Assembly: GCA_963668325.1 (NCBI GenBank)
Contig: OY764222.1
Span: 1,902,782-1,966,781 of the forward strand
Reading direction: 5' to 3'
DNA: 64,000 nucleotides
DNA from: Paracoccaceae bacterium
GTDB lineage: Bacteria; Pseudomonadota; Alphaproteobacteria; Rhodobacterales; Rhodobacteraceae
Positions 19,883 through 31,781 of the stretch are shown here, piece after piece; the first letter of the stretch is position 1; each line of letters begins with the position of its first letter. The notes below the pieces were generated by a model, which made no database searches, was not told where the DNA came from, and saw only the letters and a list, made by a program, of their open reading frames with translations. The position numbers and the translations under genes were made by a program.

Positions 19883-21592
19883 ATGAATTTCTGGGTAGGT
19901 ATTAAGAAAAGATTTTTCGGAATGGATCCCGTTTCGGCTAGATCCACCCGATTAAAATTTTTGATTGTTTTTATTCTCATGGCTTTCATGGCTGTGGGAA
20001 CACGAATGGCGTATTTTGCCTTTGATACCAATCCTCAATCCCGGATTGATCGACCGGATAGCTCCAAACTGGTTTTTTCCAGGGGAGATATTCTTGATAG
20101 AAATGGTGTTTTGTTGGCATCCAACCTTCCAGCCCATGCAATCTATTCACACCCTAGGGAGATCGAAAAGAACAAGATTGATGATTTTCTTGATGCTCTA
20201 GAAGAAATCGAACCTCCGATCAGGTTTGACCGTGAAAGGATAAAACAAAGGCTGATGTCCGATAAATCCTTTGTTTGGGTGATTAAAAAAATATCTGCTG
20301 ATCAAAGCCAGCAAGTTAATAGAATTTCTATCAAAGGTATTTATACGGGTGAAAGGGAAGTCAGGGTTTATCCCAACGGCAGGTTGGCAGCTCATATCCT
20401 AGGGGGAACATCCTATGGTGAAGAGCATGTTGATAAAGCTGAAATTATTGGTGTTGCTGGAGTTGAGAAATATTTCAATGAGCTATTGAATCAAGATGAC
20501 ATAAATAGGGCAAACCTAGCTCTTTCTATTGATATTAGAGCCCAACAAATCCTTACTGAAATGCTGAGATTGGGTATCGATAGGTTTGATGCTAAAGGGG
20601 GAAGTGCTGTTTTGATGAATGTCCATACTGGTGAAATCATTTCGCTCGTTTCCTTACCTGATTTCGACCCCAACCGGAGGGTTGATTTCAACGTCACTGA
20701 TCCCAAAGAACACAATCCGCTTTTCAATATGGTTACACAGGGTACCTACGAGCTAGGGTCTACTTTCAAAATTTTTTCTGCGGCCATGGCATTACATGAG
20801 AATTTTGTCGAAAAAGATTCCATGATCTCGACTCTTCCAATTCAGATAAGGCATAAGCAATTCAGCGATAAGAAAAGCCATACCGAAATGACCGTAATGG
20901 AAGCCATTGCACGAAGCAAGAATACGGCATCAATTAGAATGGCCATGGGAGTTGGCAACGAGGCCCAAAGGAAATTCCTTATGGATTTAGGGTTTGGTAA
21001 AGAAAGTGGAATTCAATTGCATGAATCTGCCACACCTTCCGTTCCAGAGATGAACAAATGGAACAATATAACCTTGGCAACTATTTCCTTTGGGCATGGC
21101 ATTTCTGTAACGCCTCTTCATTTGGCAAATGCATATGCGATTTTGGTTAACGGGGGATATGAAATAAAACCTACCATACTTCGGGCCAATGGTATTGAGG
21201 AAGGGAAAAGAATTATTTCTCCTGAAACTTCAAGAGATGTGGTTTCGCTATTGCTGAATGTTGTGGATAATGGGACTGCTAGAGATACCAGAATTGACGG
21301 GTATCTTATTGGAGGGAAAACAGGAACATCAGAAAAGGTAGGTACAGATGGAGAATATTTGGAAGATAAAAACTTTGTTATCTTTGCCTCAGTTTTTTCC
21401 GGAAAAAAACCCAACTATTCCCTTGTTGTAATGTTAGACGAGGCATCTTCTGGAGATGGATCAGAATATCAACGACAAGCCGGTAATACGGTTGTCCCCT
21501 TAACTGGTGAGATGATCGCTAGATTGGGGCCAGTTTTAGGGGTCATTCCTGAAAACCAACTTCCTGAAGAAATAACTTTGGCTGCGAATTGA
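19883..21592 (+). CDS. ftsI: Peptidoglycan D,D-transpeptidase FtsI (PBP3)
   Basis: TM anchor, SxxK (GSTFK), SxN (SKN) and KTG (GKTGTS) motifs, in dcw context. Confidence 0.9.
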   Translation: MNFWVGIKKRFFGMDPVSARSTRLKFLIVFILMAFMAVGTRMAYFAFDTNPQSRIDRPDSSKLVFSRGDILDRNGVLLASNLPAHAIYSHPREIEKNKIDDFLDALEEIEPPIRFDRERIKQRLMSDKSFVWVIKKISADQSQQVNRISIKGIYTGEREVRVYPNGRLAAHILGGTSYGEEHVDKAEIIGVAGVEKYFNELLNQDDINRANLALSIDIRAQQILTEMLRLGIDRFDAKGGSAVLMNVHTGEIISLVSLPDFDPNRRVDFNVTDPKEHNPLFNMVTQGTYELGSTFKIFSAAMALHENFVEKDSMISTLPIQIRHKQFSDKKSHTEMTVMEAIARSKNTASIRMAMGVGNEAQRKFLMDLGFGKESGIQLHESATPSVPEMNKWNNITLATISFGHGISVTPLHLANAYAILVNGGYEIKPTILRANGIEEGKRIISPETSRDVVSLLLNVVDNGTARDTRIDGYLIGGKTGTSEKVGTDGEYLEDKNFVIFASVFSGKKPNYSLVVMLDEASSGDGSEYQRQAGNTVVPLTGEMIARLGPVLGVIPENQLPEEITLAAN

Positions 21593-23091
21593 TGAATATC
21601 CAGTGTTCGGAGGATAAAAAATTTGAATTCTCCCTGGAGGATTTGGGCCTGGCAGAAAATAAAAATCTGAAAGTAAAGGGTTTGGCTGTTGAAAGTGGCA
21701 AGGTAAAGGAAGGTTTCCTTTTTGCGGCTTTTTCTGGGTCCAATACTCATGGTGCAAATTATATTCCCCAAGCCTTATCTAGAGGGGCAGTAGCAATCCT
21801 GACCGATAAAGAGGGAATGCAAATAGCCGAAACAAATGGTGTGGATGGGTCAACTTACTTTATTGTTGCTCTTGACCCAAGGCGCTTGTTAGCACAAGCC
21901 TCAGCCAGTTTTTTTGGCAATATTCCAGAAAATTTGGTTGCTGTCACGGGTACGAATGGTAAAACATCAGTTGCCTCAATGTGCCGACAGATCTGGGAAG
22001 AAATAGGTTTACCGGCTGTAAATATCGGCACAACCGGGATCGAAGGTGCTTATTCGTCAGCTCTAAAACACACCACCCCGGACCCTTTATCGCTTCACTA
22101 CCATTTAAGCCTCATTTCGCAGGAAAGTATTTCTCATGTTGCCTTGGAAGCGTCCTCCCATGGTCTCAAACAAAGGAGGTTGGATGGAGTTAAATTTAAA
22201 GCTGCAGCATTTACCAACTTAACAAGAGAACATCTTGATTACCATTCCTCAATGGAGGAATATTTTGCCTCTAAGGCAACACTATTCGAAAGGAATCTTA
22301 ATTCCAATGGTATCGCGGTGATATGTATCGATAGCGATTGGGGTAAGAAACTATTTACAATTACGCAAGCAAGAAAGATTAAAACAATCACAGTTGGTAG
22401 GGATAATGCAGATCTTTGTCTCCTAGAACAAAGATTTATGAAGACAGGCCAGGAGATCATGTTCGAATGGGAAGACCAGAAATATGAGGTGTATCTGCCG
22501 TTAATCGGTGAATTTCAGGCTCTGAATGTCCTGACAGCTTCAGGATTGATTATAGGTTCTGGGATAGACCCAAATGAAGTATTTAAGGCTTTGGATAAAT
22601 TGAAGCCAGTACCAGGTAGAATGGAACAGGTGGCGAAAAAAGAAAATGGGGGTATAGTATTTGTTGATTACTCCCATACTCCAGATGCGCTGAAATTAGC
22701 ATTGAAATCCTTAAAACTTCACTTTATGGGAAAAATCCGAGTTGTGTTTGGTGCAGGTGGTGATCGAGATAAGGGAAAAAGAATAATGATGGGGTCTGCC
22801 GCCAAAAGCAATGCTGATATGGTTTATGTAACTGACGATAATCCCAGAACAGAAAACCCAGCTGAAATTCGCAAGGAAGTGGTGTTGGGATGCCCTGAGG
22901 CCGTTGAAATCGGGGATCGATCAGTGGCCATTATGCAGGCTGTCCATGATTTGGAATCTGGTGAAGCCCTGCTCATTGCTGGTAAGGGACATGAGCAGGT
23001 CCAAATAGTTGGGACCACAGAAATACCTTTTTCAGATTCCGAACAGGCAAGTATTGCAGCCCGCATTAGTGATGGGAAAAACCCGGGATGA
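21592..23091 (+). CDS. murE: UDP-N-acetylmuramoyl-L-alanyl-D-glutamate--2,6-diaminopimelate ligase
   Basis: GTNGKTS P-loop and DDNPRTENP motif. The ATG at 21592 overlaps the ftsI stop (ATGA). The track ORF begins 3 nt earlier at a TTG. Confidence 0.93.
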   Translation: MNIQCSEDKKFEFSLEDLGLAENKNLKVKGLAVESGKVKEGFLFAAFSGSNTHGANYIPQALSRGAVAILTDKEGMQIAETNGVDGSTYFIVALDPRRLLAQASASFFGNIPENLVAVTGTNGKTSVASMCRQIWEEIGLPAVNIGTTGIEGAYSSALKHTTPDPLSLHYHLSLISQESISHVALEASSHGLKQRRLDGVKFKAAAFTNLTREHLDYHSSMEEYFASKATLFERNLNSNGIAVICIDSDWGKKLFTITQARKIKTITVGRDNADLCLLEQRFMKTGQEIMFEWEDQKYEVYLPLIGEFQALNVLTASGLIIGSGIDPNEVFKALDKLKPVPGRMEQVAKKENGGIVFVDYSHTPDALKLALKSLKLHFMGKIRVVFGAGGDRDKGKRIMMGSAAKSNADMVYVTDDNPRTENPAEIRKEVVLGCPEAVEIGDRSVAIMQAVHDLESGEALLIAGKGHEQVQIVGTTEIPFSDSEQASIAARISDGKNPG

Positions 23092-24482
23092 TTTGGAGTT
23101 CTAAAGAAGCTGAATTTGCTACCAAGGGAAGTTCTACCTCACCTTGGGTCGCTCAAGGTGTATCCATAGATTCTAGAACTACTTCCAAGGGGGACCTGTT
23201 CGTTGCCCTTTCAGATAGAAGAGATGGTCATGATTTCATTGAAATGGCTTTTAAAGCTGGGGCTTCAGCAGCACTGGTATCAAGGATTCCCGACAATTTT
23301 TCAGGGAATAAACCTCTTCTAATTGTCCAATCAGTACAACAGGCCCTAGAAGACCTTGCCCGTTATAGAAGAAATGAGACCAAGGCAAAATGTATTGCGA
23401 TCACAGGTTCAGTGGGTAAAACCACCACCAAGGAATTACTCAAATTTGTGTTGGTCAAACAAGGTAAGACCCACGCTGCCGAGCAAAGTTTCAATAATCA
23501 CTGGGGAGTTCCTTTAACCTTGGCTCGGATGCCAAAGGATACACAATATGGAATATTTGAAGTTGGCATGAATGCACCGGGTGAAATCCTCCCCCTCAGC
23601 AAGATGATTCAGCCCCATGTCGGGATTGTCACTTCAGTAGGGGCAGCCCATTTGGCTGCCTTTAAGGACATAAATGCCATAGCAAGAGAAAAATCTCAAA
23701 TTTTTGGGGGGCTAACCGACCAAGGAACCGCAATAATTAATGGTGATCTTGAAACCACTTCAATTCTTGAGGAAACAGCAAGAAAACGGGAAGCTAATAT
23801 CATTAAATTCGGCTACACTTCAGAAGCCCATTTTCAAATTAAGGAAGTACAGTATATTCCAGGAGGTACGCAGTTTAAATTTTTGGTGAATGGATCCGAA
23901 GTTATTTCTAAAATTTCAGCAAGAGGTGAACATTTTACCTTGAATGCAATGTCTGTTCTGGCTGCTGTCAAGGAAGTTGGTGGCAATGAAGTTACAGCTT
24001 CCCTAGACTTGACCTTCTGGAAGCCGCAAGATGGTAGGGGAGCTTTAAGAAAAATTAATTTGGATAGTGCTGATGATAGTTTTTCCTTTGATCTTCTAGA
24101 TGATAGTTATAACGCAAACCCAGTGTCTCTATTGGCTGGGTTGAAGGTTCTGGCCTCGCTGGAAGGTTATAAAAGAAAAGTCGCAATCCTGAGCGATATG
24201 TTGGAATTAGGCCCAGAAAGTCCGAAAATCCATTCTACTTTGGCTGGTAATCCCCTCTGCAAGTCGGTAACAAAATTTCATTGTATCGGTCCATTGATGA
24301 AAAATTTTTATTCCAATCTCCCCCAGGAAAAAAGAGGTTTTTGGGTAGAAACCGCGGATGAAATCTCGTCAAGGGTGAAGGAGATTGTTTCGGTAGGAGA
24401 CGTGGTGTTGGTCAAAGGGTCAAAGGGTTCCAGGGCTTCAGATGTTGTCCAGAAAATTAAACTTCTCCACCGACCAAGTTAG
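23088..24482 (+). CDS. murF: UDP-N-acetylmuramoyl-tripeptide--D-alanyl-D-alanine ligase
   Basis: GSVGKTTTKE P-loop and DDSYNANP motif, with an ATGA overlap on murE. Confidence 0.92.
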   Translation: MIWSSKEAEFATKGSSTSPWVAQGVSIDSRTTSKGDLFVALSDRRDGHDFIEMAFKAGASAALVSRIPDNFSGNKPLLIVQSVQQALEDLARYRRNETKAKCIAITGSVGKTTTKELLKFVLVKQGKTHAAEQSFNNHWGVPLTLARMPKDTQYGIFEVGMNAPGEILPLSKMIQPHVGIVTSVGAAHLAAFKDINAIAREKSQIFGGLTDQGTAIINGDLETTSILEETARKREANIIKFGYTSEAHFQIKEVQYIPGGTQFKFLVNGSEVISKISARGEHFTLNAMSVLAAVKEVGGNEVTASLDLTFWKPQDGRGALRKINLDSADDSFSFDLLDDSYNANPVSLLAGLKVLASLEGYKRKVAILSDMLELGPESPKIHSTLAGNPLCKSVTKFHCIGPLMKNFYSNLPQEKRGFWVETADEISSRVKEIVSVGDVVLVKGSKGSRASDVVQKIKLLHRPS

Positions 24483-24500
24483 CTGAAGATAGGGTCAAAT

Positions 24501-25580
24501 ATGTTTGAATTGTTAGCTCAATTGTCTGATGGAGGAGATTTCTTCAATCTTTTCAGGTATATTACATTTCGGGCTAGTGGGGCATTAATGACCTCAATCT
24601 TGATAGGCTTTCTGTTTGGCCCTCCCATGATCAGATATCTCAAGAGAATCCAACCTCATGGCCAACCAATAAGGGAAATTGGCCCCGACCACCAATCTAA
24701 ATCAGGAACCCCAACCATGGGAGGGATGTTAATCATCGGTGCCGTGGTAATATCAACGTTACTTTGGGCCAAACTAGATAATATGTACGTCTGGATCGCT
24801 CTAATTACTACTTTGCTCCTTTCCTTGGTCGGTATGATTGATGACTGGGCAAAACTCAAGAAAAAAACCCATAAGGGGTCATCAGGAAAAAAGAGGTTTG
24901 GGGTAGAAATAATAATTGGGTGTATCGTGGGCTACGTTGCCATGCTTGTTCATCCAGGAGAATTATCAGGCATGTTAGCCTTCCCAATTTTCAAAGATTG
25001 GTTGATGAATTTAGGTATCTTTTTCATACCTTTCGCGGCTTTTGTAATTGTTGGTTCTGCAAATGCCGTCAATCTTACCGATGGACTCGATGGTTTGGCT
25101 ATTGTTCCAATAATGATTGCGGCTGGTACCCTGGGTATCCTTTCCTATGCAGTTGGCAGGATTGACTTTACTGAATATTTGGATGTCCATTACGTCCCTG
25201 GGACTGGTGAACTTTTGGTATTTACATCAAGTATTATTGGTGCTGGGTTGGGATTTCTCTGGTATAATGCACCACCAGCAGCAGTTTTCATGGGAGATAC
25301 GGGGTCATTGGGATTAGGTGGTGCTGTTGGAACCATAGCCGTATTAACCAAGCATGAAATTGTATTTGCCGTAATTGGTGGGTTGTTTGTCGTTGAAGCC
25401 TTGAGCGTTATAATTCAAGTCCTGTATTACCGAAAGACAAAGAAAAGAATTTTTGCCATGGCCCCTATCCACCATCATTTTGAAAAGAGGGGTTGGGGAG
25501 AACCGCAAATTGTTATCCGTTTTTGGATAATTGCCCTTATCCTAGCCCTGATTGGCCTAGCTTCCCTGAAAGTCAGATAG
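24501..25580 (+). CDS. mraY: Phospho-N-acetylmuramoyl-pentapeptide transferase
   Basis: NAVNLTDGLDGLA, FMGDTGSL and PIHHHFE motifs. 10-TM type protein. Confidence 0.96.
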   Translation: MFELLAQLSDGGDFFNLFRYITFRASGALMTSILIGFLFGPPMIRYLKRIQPHGQPIREIGPDHQSKSGTPTMGGMLIIGAVVISTLLWAKLDNMYVWIALITTLLLSLVGMIDDWAKLKKKTHKGSSGKKRFGVEIIIGCIVGYVAMLVHPGELSGMLAFPIFKDWLMNLGIFFIPFAAFVIVGSANAVNLTDGLDGLAIVPIMIAAGTLGILSYAVGRIDFTEYLDVHYVPGTGELLVFTSSIIGAGLGFLWYNAPPAAVFMGDTGSLGLGGAVGTIAVLTKHEIVFAVIGGLFVVEALSVIIQVLYYRKTKKRIFAMAPIHHHFEKRGWGEPQIVIRFWIIALILALIGLASLKVR

Positions 25581-26987
25581 GTGATAAAAGCAACCGGGGT
25601 TAAGGGACAAAAGATTGCTGTCCTCGGTTTGGGTCGGACAGGATTAGCTACCTACCATTCCCTGAAGGAAGGAGAGGCAGATGTTTTCCCTTGGGATGAG
25701 GCTGAACATTCCCGCGAATTTGCCCGGAAGAACAATATTAAACTGGTAGATATCACTCAGGAAAGCATTTGGGATAAAAATCATATATCACGGTTGATTG
25801 TTTCACCTGGTATTCCACACCTGTATCCAGAACCACATCCCACTGTCCAAATAGCCATGAATAAAGGAATTCCTGTGGATAATGATATTGGATTGTTCTT
25901 CCAGTTCCTTGCCCATTACAAAAAAAACAACTTTCGAAAAGGATTTCCAAAGGTCGTTACAGTAACAGGAACCAACGGCAAATCAACTACGGCAGCCTTA
26001 ATCAATCATGTTTTGGGTTCCCATGGATTTGTCAGTGCTGTTGCAGGTAATATTGGAATAGCTGTTCTGGGATTAGGAGACCTTGAGGATCTGACTCACA
26101 TTATACTTGAGGTCTCTTCTTACCAACTCGAAGTGGCCAGTTTATTACATCCGGATGTAGCTATTTTTTTGAATCTTGATGAAGACCATTTGGACAGGCA
26201 CCATGGATTAGGAGGATATTTTGCTGCGAAGAGAAGGTTGTTTGGAAGTGATAACCTTGAATTGGCGATAGTTGGAATTGATGAGTCTGAAGGAATGTTT
26301 TTGGCTAACAGCATTATATCTAGGGATAATGGGACACGTTTGGCTCGAATTTCAAACAATAGCTCTATAAAACTTCCCGGGCATGGTATCATTGGTTCGA
26401 ATAAGCAACTTGCTGAGTTTTCTTCTTCAAAGAAAATTGGTTCGTATACTTTAGACAAAAATCCAAGCCTGATGGGCAACCATAACCTCCAAAATGCATC
26501 AGCAGCATATTTAGCCTGTTGTCATTTGAATGTACCTGGGGAAAAGGTAATTGACTATTTCAATTTATTCCAAGGGTTGCCCCATCGGAGTCAGGTTGTC
26601 GCCATAAAGAATGAAGTTACCTATATCAATGATTCCAAAGCAACGAATGTCAAGAGCACAACCAAGGCTCTTGAATCCCATGCAAGAATACATTGGATCG
26701 CCGGTGGATTGGAAAAGGATGGCGGTGTAAAGGCTCTCAAAAGCTCGCTTTCCAACGTTGTGCAAGCTTACTTTTTTGGTTATTCAGCAAAAACATTTGC
26801 CTTGGAATTGGGACATATACCTCATTCTGTTTTCAAAACACTACCGGAGGCGATAGGGGCGGCTTCAGAAAATGCTCGACCTGGAGATACTGTCCTATTG
26901 GCCCCTGCTGCTGCAAGTTTTGATCAATACAGTGATTTTGAGGAAAGGGGTTTTCATTTTATCAATGAAGTAAGCCGGATAAAATAA
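25581..26987 (+). CDS. murD: UDP-N-acetylmuramoylalanine--D-glutamate ligase
   Basis: GTNGKSTT P-loop and NDSKATN motif. GTG start directly after the mraY stop. Confidence 0.93.
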   Translation: MIKATGVKGQKIAVLGLGRTGLATYHSLKEGEADVFPWDEAEHSREFARKNNIKLVDITQESIWDKNHISRLIVSPGIPHLYPEPHPTVQIAMNKGIPVDNDIGLFFQFLAHYKKNNFRKGFPKVVTVTGTNGKSTTAALINHVLGSHGFVSAVAGNIGIAVLGLGDLEDLTHIILEVSSYQLEVASLLHPDVAIFLNLDEDHLDRHHGLGGYFAAKRRLFGSDNLELAIVGIDESEGMFLANSIISRDNGTRLARISNNSSIKLPGHGIIGSNKQLAEFSSSKKIGSYTLDKNPSLMGNHNLQNASAAYLACCHLNVPGEKVIDYFNLFQGLPHRSQVVAIKNEVTYINDSKATNVKSTTKALESHARIHWIAGGLEKDGGVKALKSSLSNVVQAYFFGYSAKTFALELGHIPHSVFKTLPEAIGAASENARPGDTVLLAPAAASFDQYSDFEERGFHFINEVSRIK

Positions 26988-27092
26988 CTTGAAATTTTCT
27001 CTAATTTGATTTAATGAAATCCTTGGGTCAATAAGGCCGAGTGACCAAAAAAGAATCCTTTAAGGATCAATTGGTAAATAAAGAGCAGTACC

Positions 27093-28256
27093 ATGACAAC
27101 TTTAACCCACACGTGGGAGGAGACAACTCCATCTGAGGCGTATATTATGAATTGGTGGCGAGAAGTAGACAAATTGTCTATCGCCGCAGTTCTAGCCCTT
27201 TTTACAATAGGAATTATTTTGAGCTTATCCTCAACGCCACCCTTGGCGGAAAGGAATGAAGTTCCATCCATGTATTACGTAATTCGCCATTCTGTTTTTG
27301 GCATTGCGGGTATTTCAATCATGATTTTGATTTCCATGCTAAAGCCAAAGGAAGCACTTAGGATTGGGTGTTGGATCTTTGTCATATCTTTCATATTATT
27401 GGCTTTGCTACCATTCATCGGAACAGGCTTTGATAAGGGTTCAAAACGTTGGTTGAGCCTAGGTTTCGCTTCATTGCAACCCTCAGAATTTCTTAAACCT
27501 GGACTAATTATTTTCTCAGCCTGGTTATTCCGCGTTTCTTTTGAAAACAAGAGCAATTTCGGGATTTATCTTTCCCTGTCCATGACAATGGCATGCTGTT
27601 TAATTCTTGTTCTACAACCTGATTTTGGTCAAGCTGGTCTGGTTTTTATTGGCTGGTCGGTCATATACTTCACTGCTGGAGCCCCAATCTTGCTTCTGCT
27701 ATTAACAGGAAGTGTCTTTATTGGCGGTGTAATCCTTGCCTATATTTATTCATCCCACTTTGCCAGTCGTATCGATTCTTTTGTTGGTTCTCTCCTGGAG
27801 TCAGGTACAAGCCGTGATCAGGTTGGAATAAGTTTTGAAGCAATTCAAAACGGTAGTTTTTTTGGTACTGGGGTTGGGGAAGGAAACTATAAATGGAACC
27901 TTCCAGATGGGCACACCGACTTTATAATAGCAATTGCCGCTGAAGAATATGGACTGGTATTGGTACTGGCAATTATTGTTCTCTACTTTTTTATTGGATT
28001 TCGAGCCCTCATTCGACTGAATAAGGCCAAGGATAATTTTATCTGGTTAGCTGGGGCTGGTCTGGTGATAAATGTAGTTATACAGACATTTATTAACTTG
28101 GCTGTTGCTGCAAAGCTTTTCCCTCCCACAGGAATGACATTGCCTCTAATTTCCTATGGTGGTTCTTCCATGTTGGCAATTGGAATTACTTTGGGTTTGT
28201 TGTTCTGCTTCACCAGAATTCAGGGGGAAAATGAGAGGAAGATTACATTCCGTTGA
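27093..28256 (+). CDS. ftsW: SEDS-family peptidoglycan glycosyltransferase FtsW
   Basis: LQPSEFLKP, TDFIIAIAAEEYG and GMTLPLISYGGSS motifs. Confidence 0.92.
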   Translation: MTTLTHTWEETTPSEAYIMNWWREVDKLSIAAVLALFTIGIILSLSSTPPLAERNEVPSMYYVIRHSVFGIAGISIMILISMLKPKEALRIGCWIFVISFILLALLPFIGTGFDKGSKRWLSLGFASLQPSEFLKPGLIIFSAWLFRVSFENKSNFGIYLSLSMTMACCLILVLQPDFGQAGLVFIGWSVIYFTAGAPILLLLLTGSVFIGGVILAYIYSSHFASRIDSFVGSLLESGTSRDQVGISFEAIQNGSFFGTGVGEGNYKWNLPDGHTDFIIAIAAEEYGLVLVLAIIVLYFFIGFRALIRLNKAKDNFIWLAGAGLVINVVIQTFINLAVAAKLFPPTGMTLPLISYGGSSMLAIGITLGLLFCFTRIQGENERKITFR

Positions 28257-28276
28257 GACACCGGGCACCTAGCTGA

Positions 28277-29383
28277 ATGTCCAAGGCATCAAAACCACAT
28301 ATCCTAATCGTAACTGGTGGGACAGGAGGGCATGTATTTCCTGCCCAGGCTTTGTCAGAGGAGTTGGTTGTCAGAGGTTGGCGGGTTAAGGTCTGGATCG
28401 ATCAAAGAGTTGAATCATTGGCTAGGAATTTTCCAGATGAAATACAATGGGAAGTAATTCCATCAAAGCCCTTTGCACAAAGTAATTTCTTTGCCAAATT
28501 GGTGGTACCCTTGATTTTGTTGTGGGGTTTATTGATTGTTCTTGGAAAAATTCTAAGGGACAGGCCAGTTAGGGCAGTGGGTTTTGGCAGTTATGCTACC
28601 TTTGCCCCATTATTAGGAGGAATTATTCTAGGCGTGCCTTGTATTATTCATGAACAAAATGGAAATATGGGGGTGGTAAACAGAATTTTTTCAAAAAGAG
28701 TCAGGCTAGTTGCAAGCGGTTCCTATACTCCTCAATTTCCTCCAAAAACAAATTGGATATTTACCGGAAATCCCCTTCGTAAGGAGGTTATTTCCAAGTT
28801 GGAGCTGTCGTATAGTTTTCCACAAAAAGATAAGATAACTGTTTTGATTTTTGGTGGTAGCCAAGGGGCAAGGATTTTTGATCACATCATACCAGAATCG
28901 GTTTCAGGATTACCTGAGGACCTTCTTAAAAGATTAAAAATTTATCAACAGGTCCGGGATGAGAACATTCCAAATGTCGACAAGATATATAAGAAATTGA
29001 ATATGGATTACGAAATCAAGCCATTTTTCGAGAATATACCTGAATTGATGGCTAGTTCACAATTGATCATATCACGCTCGGGAGCCTCATCAATTGCTGA
29101 AATTACAGCAATGGGTTTGCCTTCGATTCTTGTTCCATTCGCAGCAGCTACCAACGATCACCAGACAATTAACTCTCAAGTACTGGAAAAAGCAGGGGCT
29201 ACTATAGTACTCAAGGAGAATAATCTGGATCCAGCCATAATGGCCGATGCTATAAGTAAAATATTGTCGAATCCTGAAAAGGCCAACCAAATGGCAGCCG
29301 CCAGTAAAAAATTAGGTGTATCAGATGCTGCCAAAAGATTGGCGGATGTGATTGAAAATTTGGGGAGTGGAGAAAAAATTTGA
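28277..29383 (+). CDS. murG: UDP-N-acetylglucosamine--N-acetylmuramyl-(pentapeptide) pyrophosphoryl-undecaprenol GlcNAc transferase
   Basis: [11 protein letters not shown]-terminal motif and [12 protein letters not shown]-terminal motif. Confidence 0.93.
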   Translation: MSKASKPHILIVTGGTGGHVFPAQALSEELVVRGWRVKVWIDQRVESLARNFPDEIQWEVIPSKPFAQSNFFAKLVVPLILLWGLLIVLGKILRDRPVRAVGFGSYATFAPLLGGIILGVPCIIHEQNGNMGVVNRIFSKRVRLVASGSYTPQFPPKTNWIFTGNPLRKEVISKLELSYSFPQKDKITVLIFGGSQGARIFDHIIPESVSGLPEDLLKRLKIYQQVRDENIPNVDKIYKKLNMDYEIKPFFENIPELMASSQLIISRSGASSIAEITAMGLPSILVPFAAATNDHQTINSQVLEKAGATIVLKENNLDPAIMADAISKILSNPEKANQMAAASKKLGVSDAAKRLADVIENLGSGEKI

Positions 29384-30819
29384 ACCGTACGACGAAATTC
29401 TCAACTCTGGTTGGCACAATACACTTTATCGGTATTGGCGGGATAGGGATGTCTGGGATAGCCGAAGTCCTTTTGACATTGGGTTATTCAGTCCAGGGAA
29501 GTGATATAAATGATTCAAATATTGCTCGCAGATTAAGTAAACTTGGTGCAAAAATCTTCCTAGGGCATTCCCAGGAAAATGTTATTGGATGTGCTGCCGT
29601 TGTCGTTTCCTCAGCGATATCATCCAGCAATCCTGAATTGGTTCAGGCTAGGGAAATGGGACTTCCTATTGTGAGAAGAGCAGAAATGCTTGCTGAATTG
29701 ATGAGATTTAGGTCCAACATTGCGGTAGCAGGGACCCATGGAAAAACAACCACAACAACCCTAGTCGCAACACTTCTGGAAGAGGGGGGATTTGATCCGA
29801 CAGTAATAAATGGGGGAATAATCAAGGCTTATGGGTCCAATGTCCGAAAAGGTGAAGGAGATTGGATGGTTGTTGAGGCTGATGAAAGTGATGGTACTTT
29901 TTTAAAACTTCCTGCCACAATTGCCATAGTTACCAACATTGATCCTGAACATATGGATCATTACGGATCATTCGAAAAGTTACGAAATGCATTTGATTCG
30001 TTTGTATCCAATGTTCCATTTTATGGTTTTGCCGTATGCTGTATAGACCATCCAGAGGTGCAGGCGATGGTCGGCCGAATAACTGATAGAAGGATCATAA
30101 CCTATGGCTCTACCAACCAAGCTGATGTCCAGGTGAAATTCCTAGGGTTTGAAAATGGTTTATCTAATTTTGAGGTCTATTTTCACCTTGGTGGTGGTCC
30201 CAAGGGGGTATTCCAGCTGCCGATGGTAGGTGATCATAATGTTTCGAATGCTGTATCCGCGATTACCGTTGCCTGGCAATTGGGTATGGATTTGAACAGC
30301 ATCAATAAGGCCCTTAAAGAATTCAAGGGTGTCAATCGAAGATTTACCCAGGTAGGATTTTTCAACGGTGCGGAAATAATTGATGATTATGGTCACCACC
30401 CGGTGGAAATAGAGGCGGTCCTGAAAGCAGCCCGGCAAAAAACCAAGGGACGGATTATTGCAATTCACCAACCTCATCGGTTTAGCAGGCTAAATAATCT
30501 TTTCAATGAATTCTGTCGATGTTTCAATCTGGCAGACAAAGTAGTCATCACCGATATTTACCCGGCTGGTGAAACTCCAATTGAAGGGGTAAATAATGAT
30601 GCATTGGTAGAAGGTCTAATCCAGCATGGGCACAAGAATGCTCAGACGATTGGTGGGTTGGAAGATTTGACCTCACTAGTAAAGCAGGAAACCAGTCCAG
30701 GGGACATTGTGATTTTCCTAGGGGCAGGAAATATTTCTGAATGGGCCTATGCTCTTCACGAACATCTTGCGACAAGTACCAACAAAAACATCCAAAACAA
30801 TGAAGCCAGAATTATTTAA
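29380..30819 (+). CDS. murC: UDP-N-acetylmuramate--L-alanine ligase
   Basis: [24 protein letters not shown] and DDYGHHP motifs. TTG start overlapping the murG stop. Confidence 0.93.
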   Translation: MNRTTKFSTLVGTIHFIGIGGIGMSGIAEVLLTLGYSVQGSDINDSNIARRLSKLGAKIFLGHSQENVIGCAAVVVSSAISSSNPELVQAREMGLPIVRRAEMLAELMRFRSNIAVAGTHGKTTTTTLVATLLEEGGFDPTVINGGIIKAYGSNVRKGEGDWMVVEADESDGTFLKLPATIAIVTNIDPEHMDHYGSFEKLRNAFDSFVSNVPFYGFAVCCIDHPEVQAMVGRITDRRIITYGSTNQADVQVKFLGFENGLSNFEVYFHLGGGPKGVFQLPMVGDHNVSNAVSAITVAWQLGMDLNSINKALKEFKGVNRRFTQVGFFNGAEIIDDYGHHPVEIEAVLKAARQKTKGRIIAIHQPHRFSRLNNLFNEFCRCFNLADKVVITDIYPAGETPIEGVNNDALVEGLIQHGHKNAQTIGGLEDLTSLVKQETSPGDIVIFLGAGNISEWAYALHEHLATSTNKNIQNNEARII

Positions 30820-31774
30820 AGATTCATCAGAGCTTGATTACCAGGGAGTTCTGAAGCACGACTGTTCCTTGGGATCCAGAAGTTGGTTAGGGGTTGGTGG
30901 CAAATGTGATTGGTTATACCAGCCAAAAGATATTTCGGATTTAGCGGCCTTTATTAAGAATGTTGATGCCAGCATTCCCTATTTTGTCTTGGGGGCAGGG
31001 TCTAATCTAATAATCAGAGACGGGGGTTACCGAGGGTTGGTAATCAGGCTAGGTAGAGAGTTTTCTCACATTAGATGCGAAGAAAATCGAGTATATGTCG
31101 GTGCCTTTACCAAGGATTCCCAAGTAGCAGTTGCAGCTGCAGAAAACGGTATTGATTTGACCTTTTTCAGAACCATTCCTGGTACAATTGGTGGTGCCGT
31201 TCGAATGAATGCCGGATGTTACGGTTCTTACGTGGCAGATCATCTGGTAAGGGCGTCTATTGTAACTCGGAATGGCGATGTCAAATGGATTGAAAGGGAG
31301 GAGCTGAGTTTATCTTACCGGGCAAGTAGGCTTCCAGAAAATGCAATCATTGTAGAAGTGGTATTGGAAGGCGAAAAAGGTGATCCTAAAGCGTTGCTGG
31401 CAAGGATTGAAACCTATTTGGAAAAACGGAATTTGACTCAGCCGACTGGCTTAAAAACAGCAGGTTCCACCTTCAGAAATCCAACAGGCTTTTCTTCTTC
31501 GTTTGACGAGAATGAAGATTCAGACCTGTTGGCTTGGAAATTGATCAGTAAGGCAGGTCTTCGGGGGACACGAATTGGGGATGCACAAGTATCAAACAAG
31601 CATCCGAATTTTCTTGTAAATCTGGGTAATGCAACAGCTACCCAGATCGAAAACCTGGGAGAGTTGGTTCGTCGGGAAGTTTATAAAAAGAAGGGGATAA
31701 TTTTGGAGTGGGAGGTTATCCGGTTTGGAGAATTGTGTCATCCAACCATGAACGATGGTTTCCAAAAACAGTGA
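30800..31774 (+). CDS. murB: UDP-N-acetylenolpyruvoylglucosamine reductase
   Basis: FAD-binding [11 protein letters not shown] and AGSTFRNP motifs. I prefer the ATG at 30800 (MKPELF...) over the track start at 30749, which lies deep inside murC. Confidence 0.9.
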   Translation: MKPELFKDSSELDYQGVLKHDCSLGSRSWLGVGGKCDWLYQPKDISDLAAFIKNVDASIPYFVLGAGSNLIIRDGGYRGLVIRLGREFSHIRCEENRVYVGAFTKDSQVAVAAAENGIDLTFFRTIPGTIGGAVRMNAGCYGSYVADHLVRASIVTRNGDVKWIEREELSLSYRASRLPENAIIVEVVLEGEKGDPKALLARIETYLEKRNLTQPTGLKTAGSTFRNPTGFSSSFDENEDSDLLAWKLISKAGLRGTRIGDAQVSNKHPNFLVNLGNATATQIENLGELVRREVYKKKGIILEWEVIRFGELCHPTMNDGFQKQ

Positions 31775-31781
31775 ACGAGTT

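Noticed and set aside
30749-30799. A long N-terminal extension of murB overlapping murC by 71 nt, as in the ORF track.
   Set aside because: The extension ([17 protein letters not shown]) has no MurB counterpart. The ATG at 30800 gives a conventional MurB N-terminus with only a short overlap.
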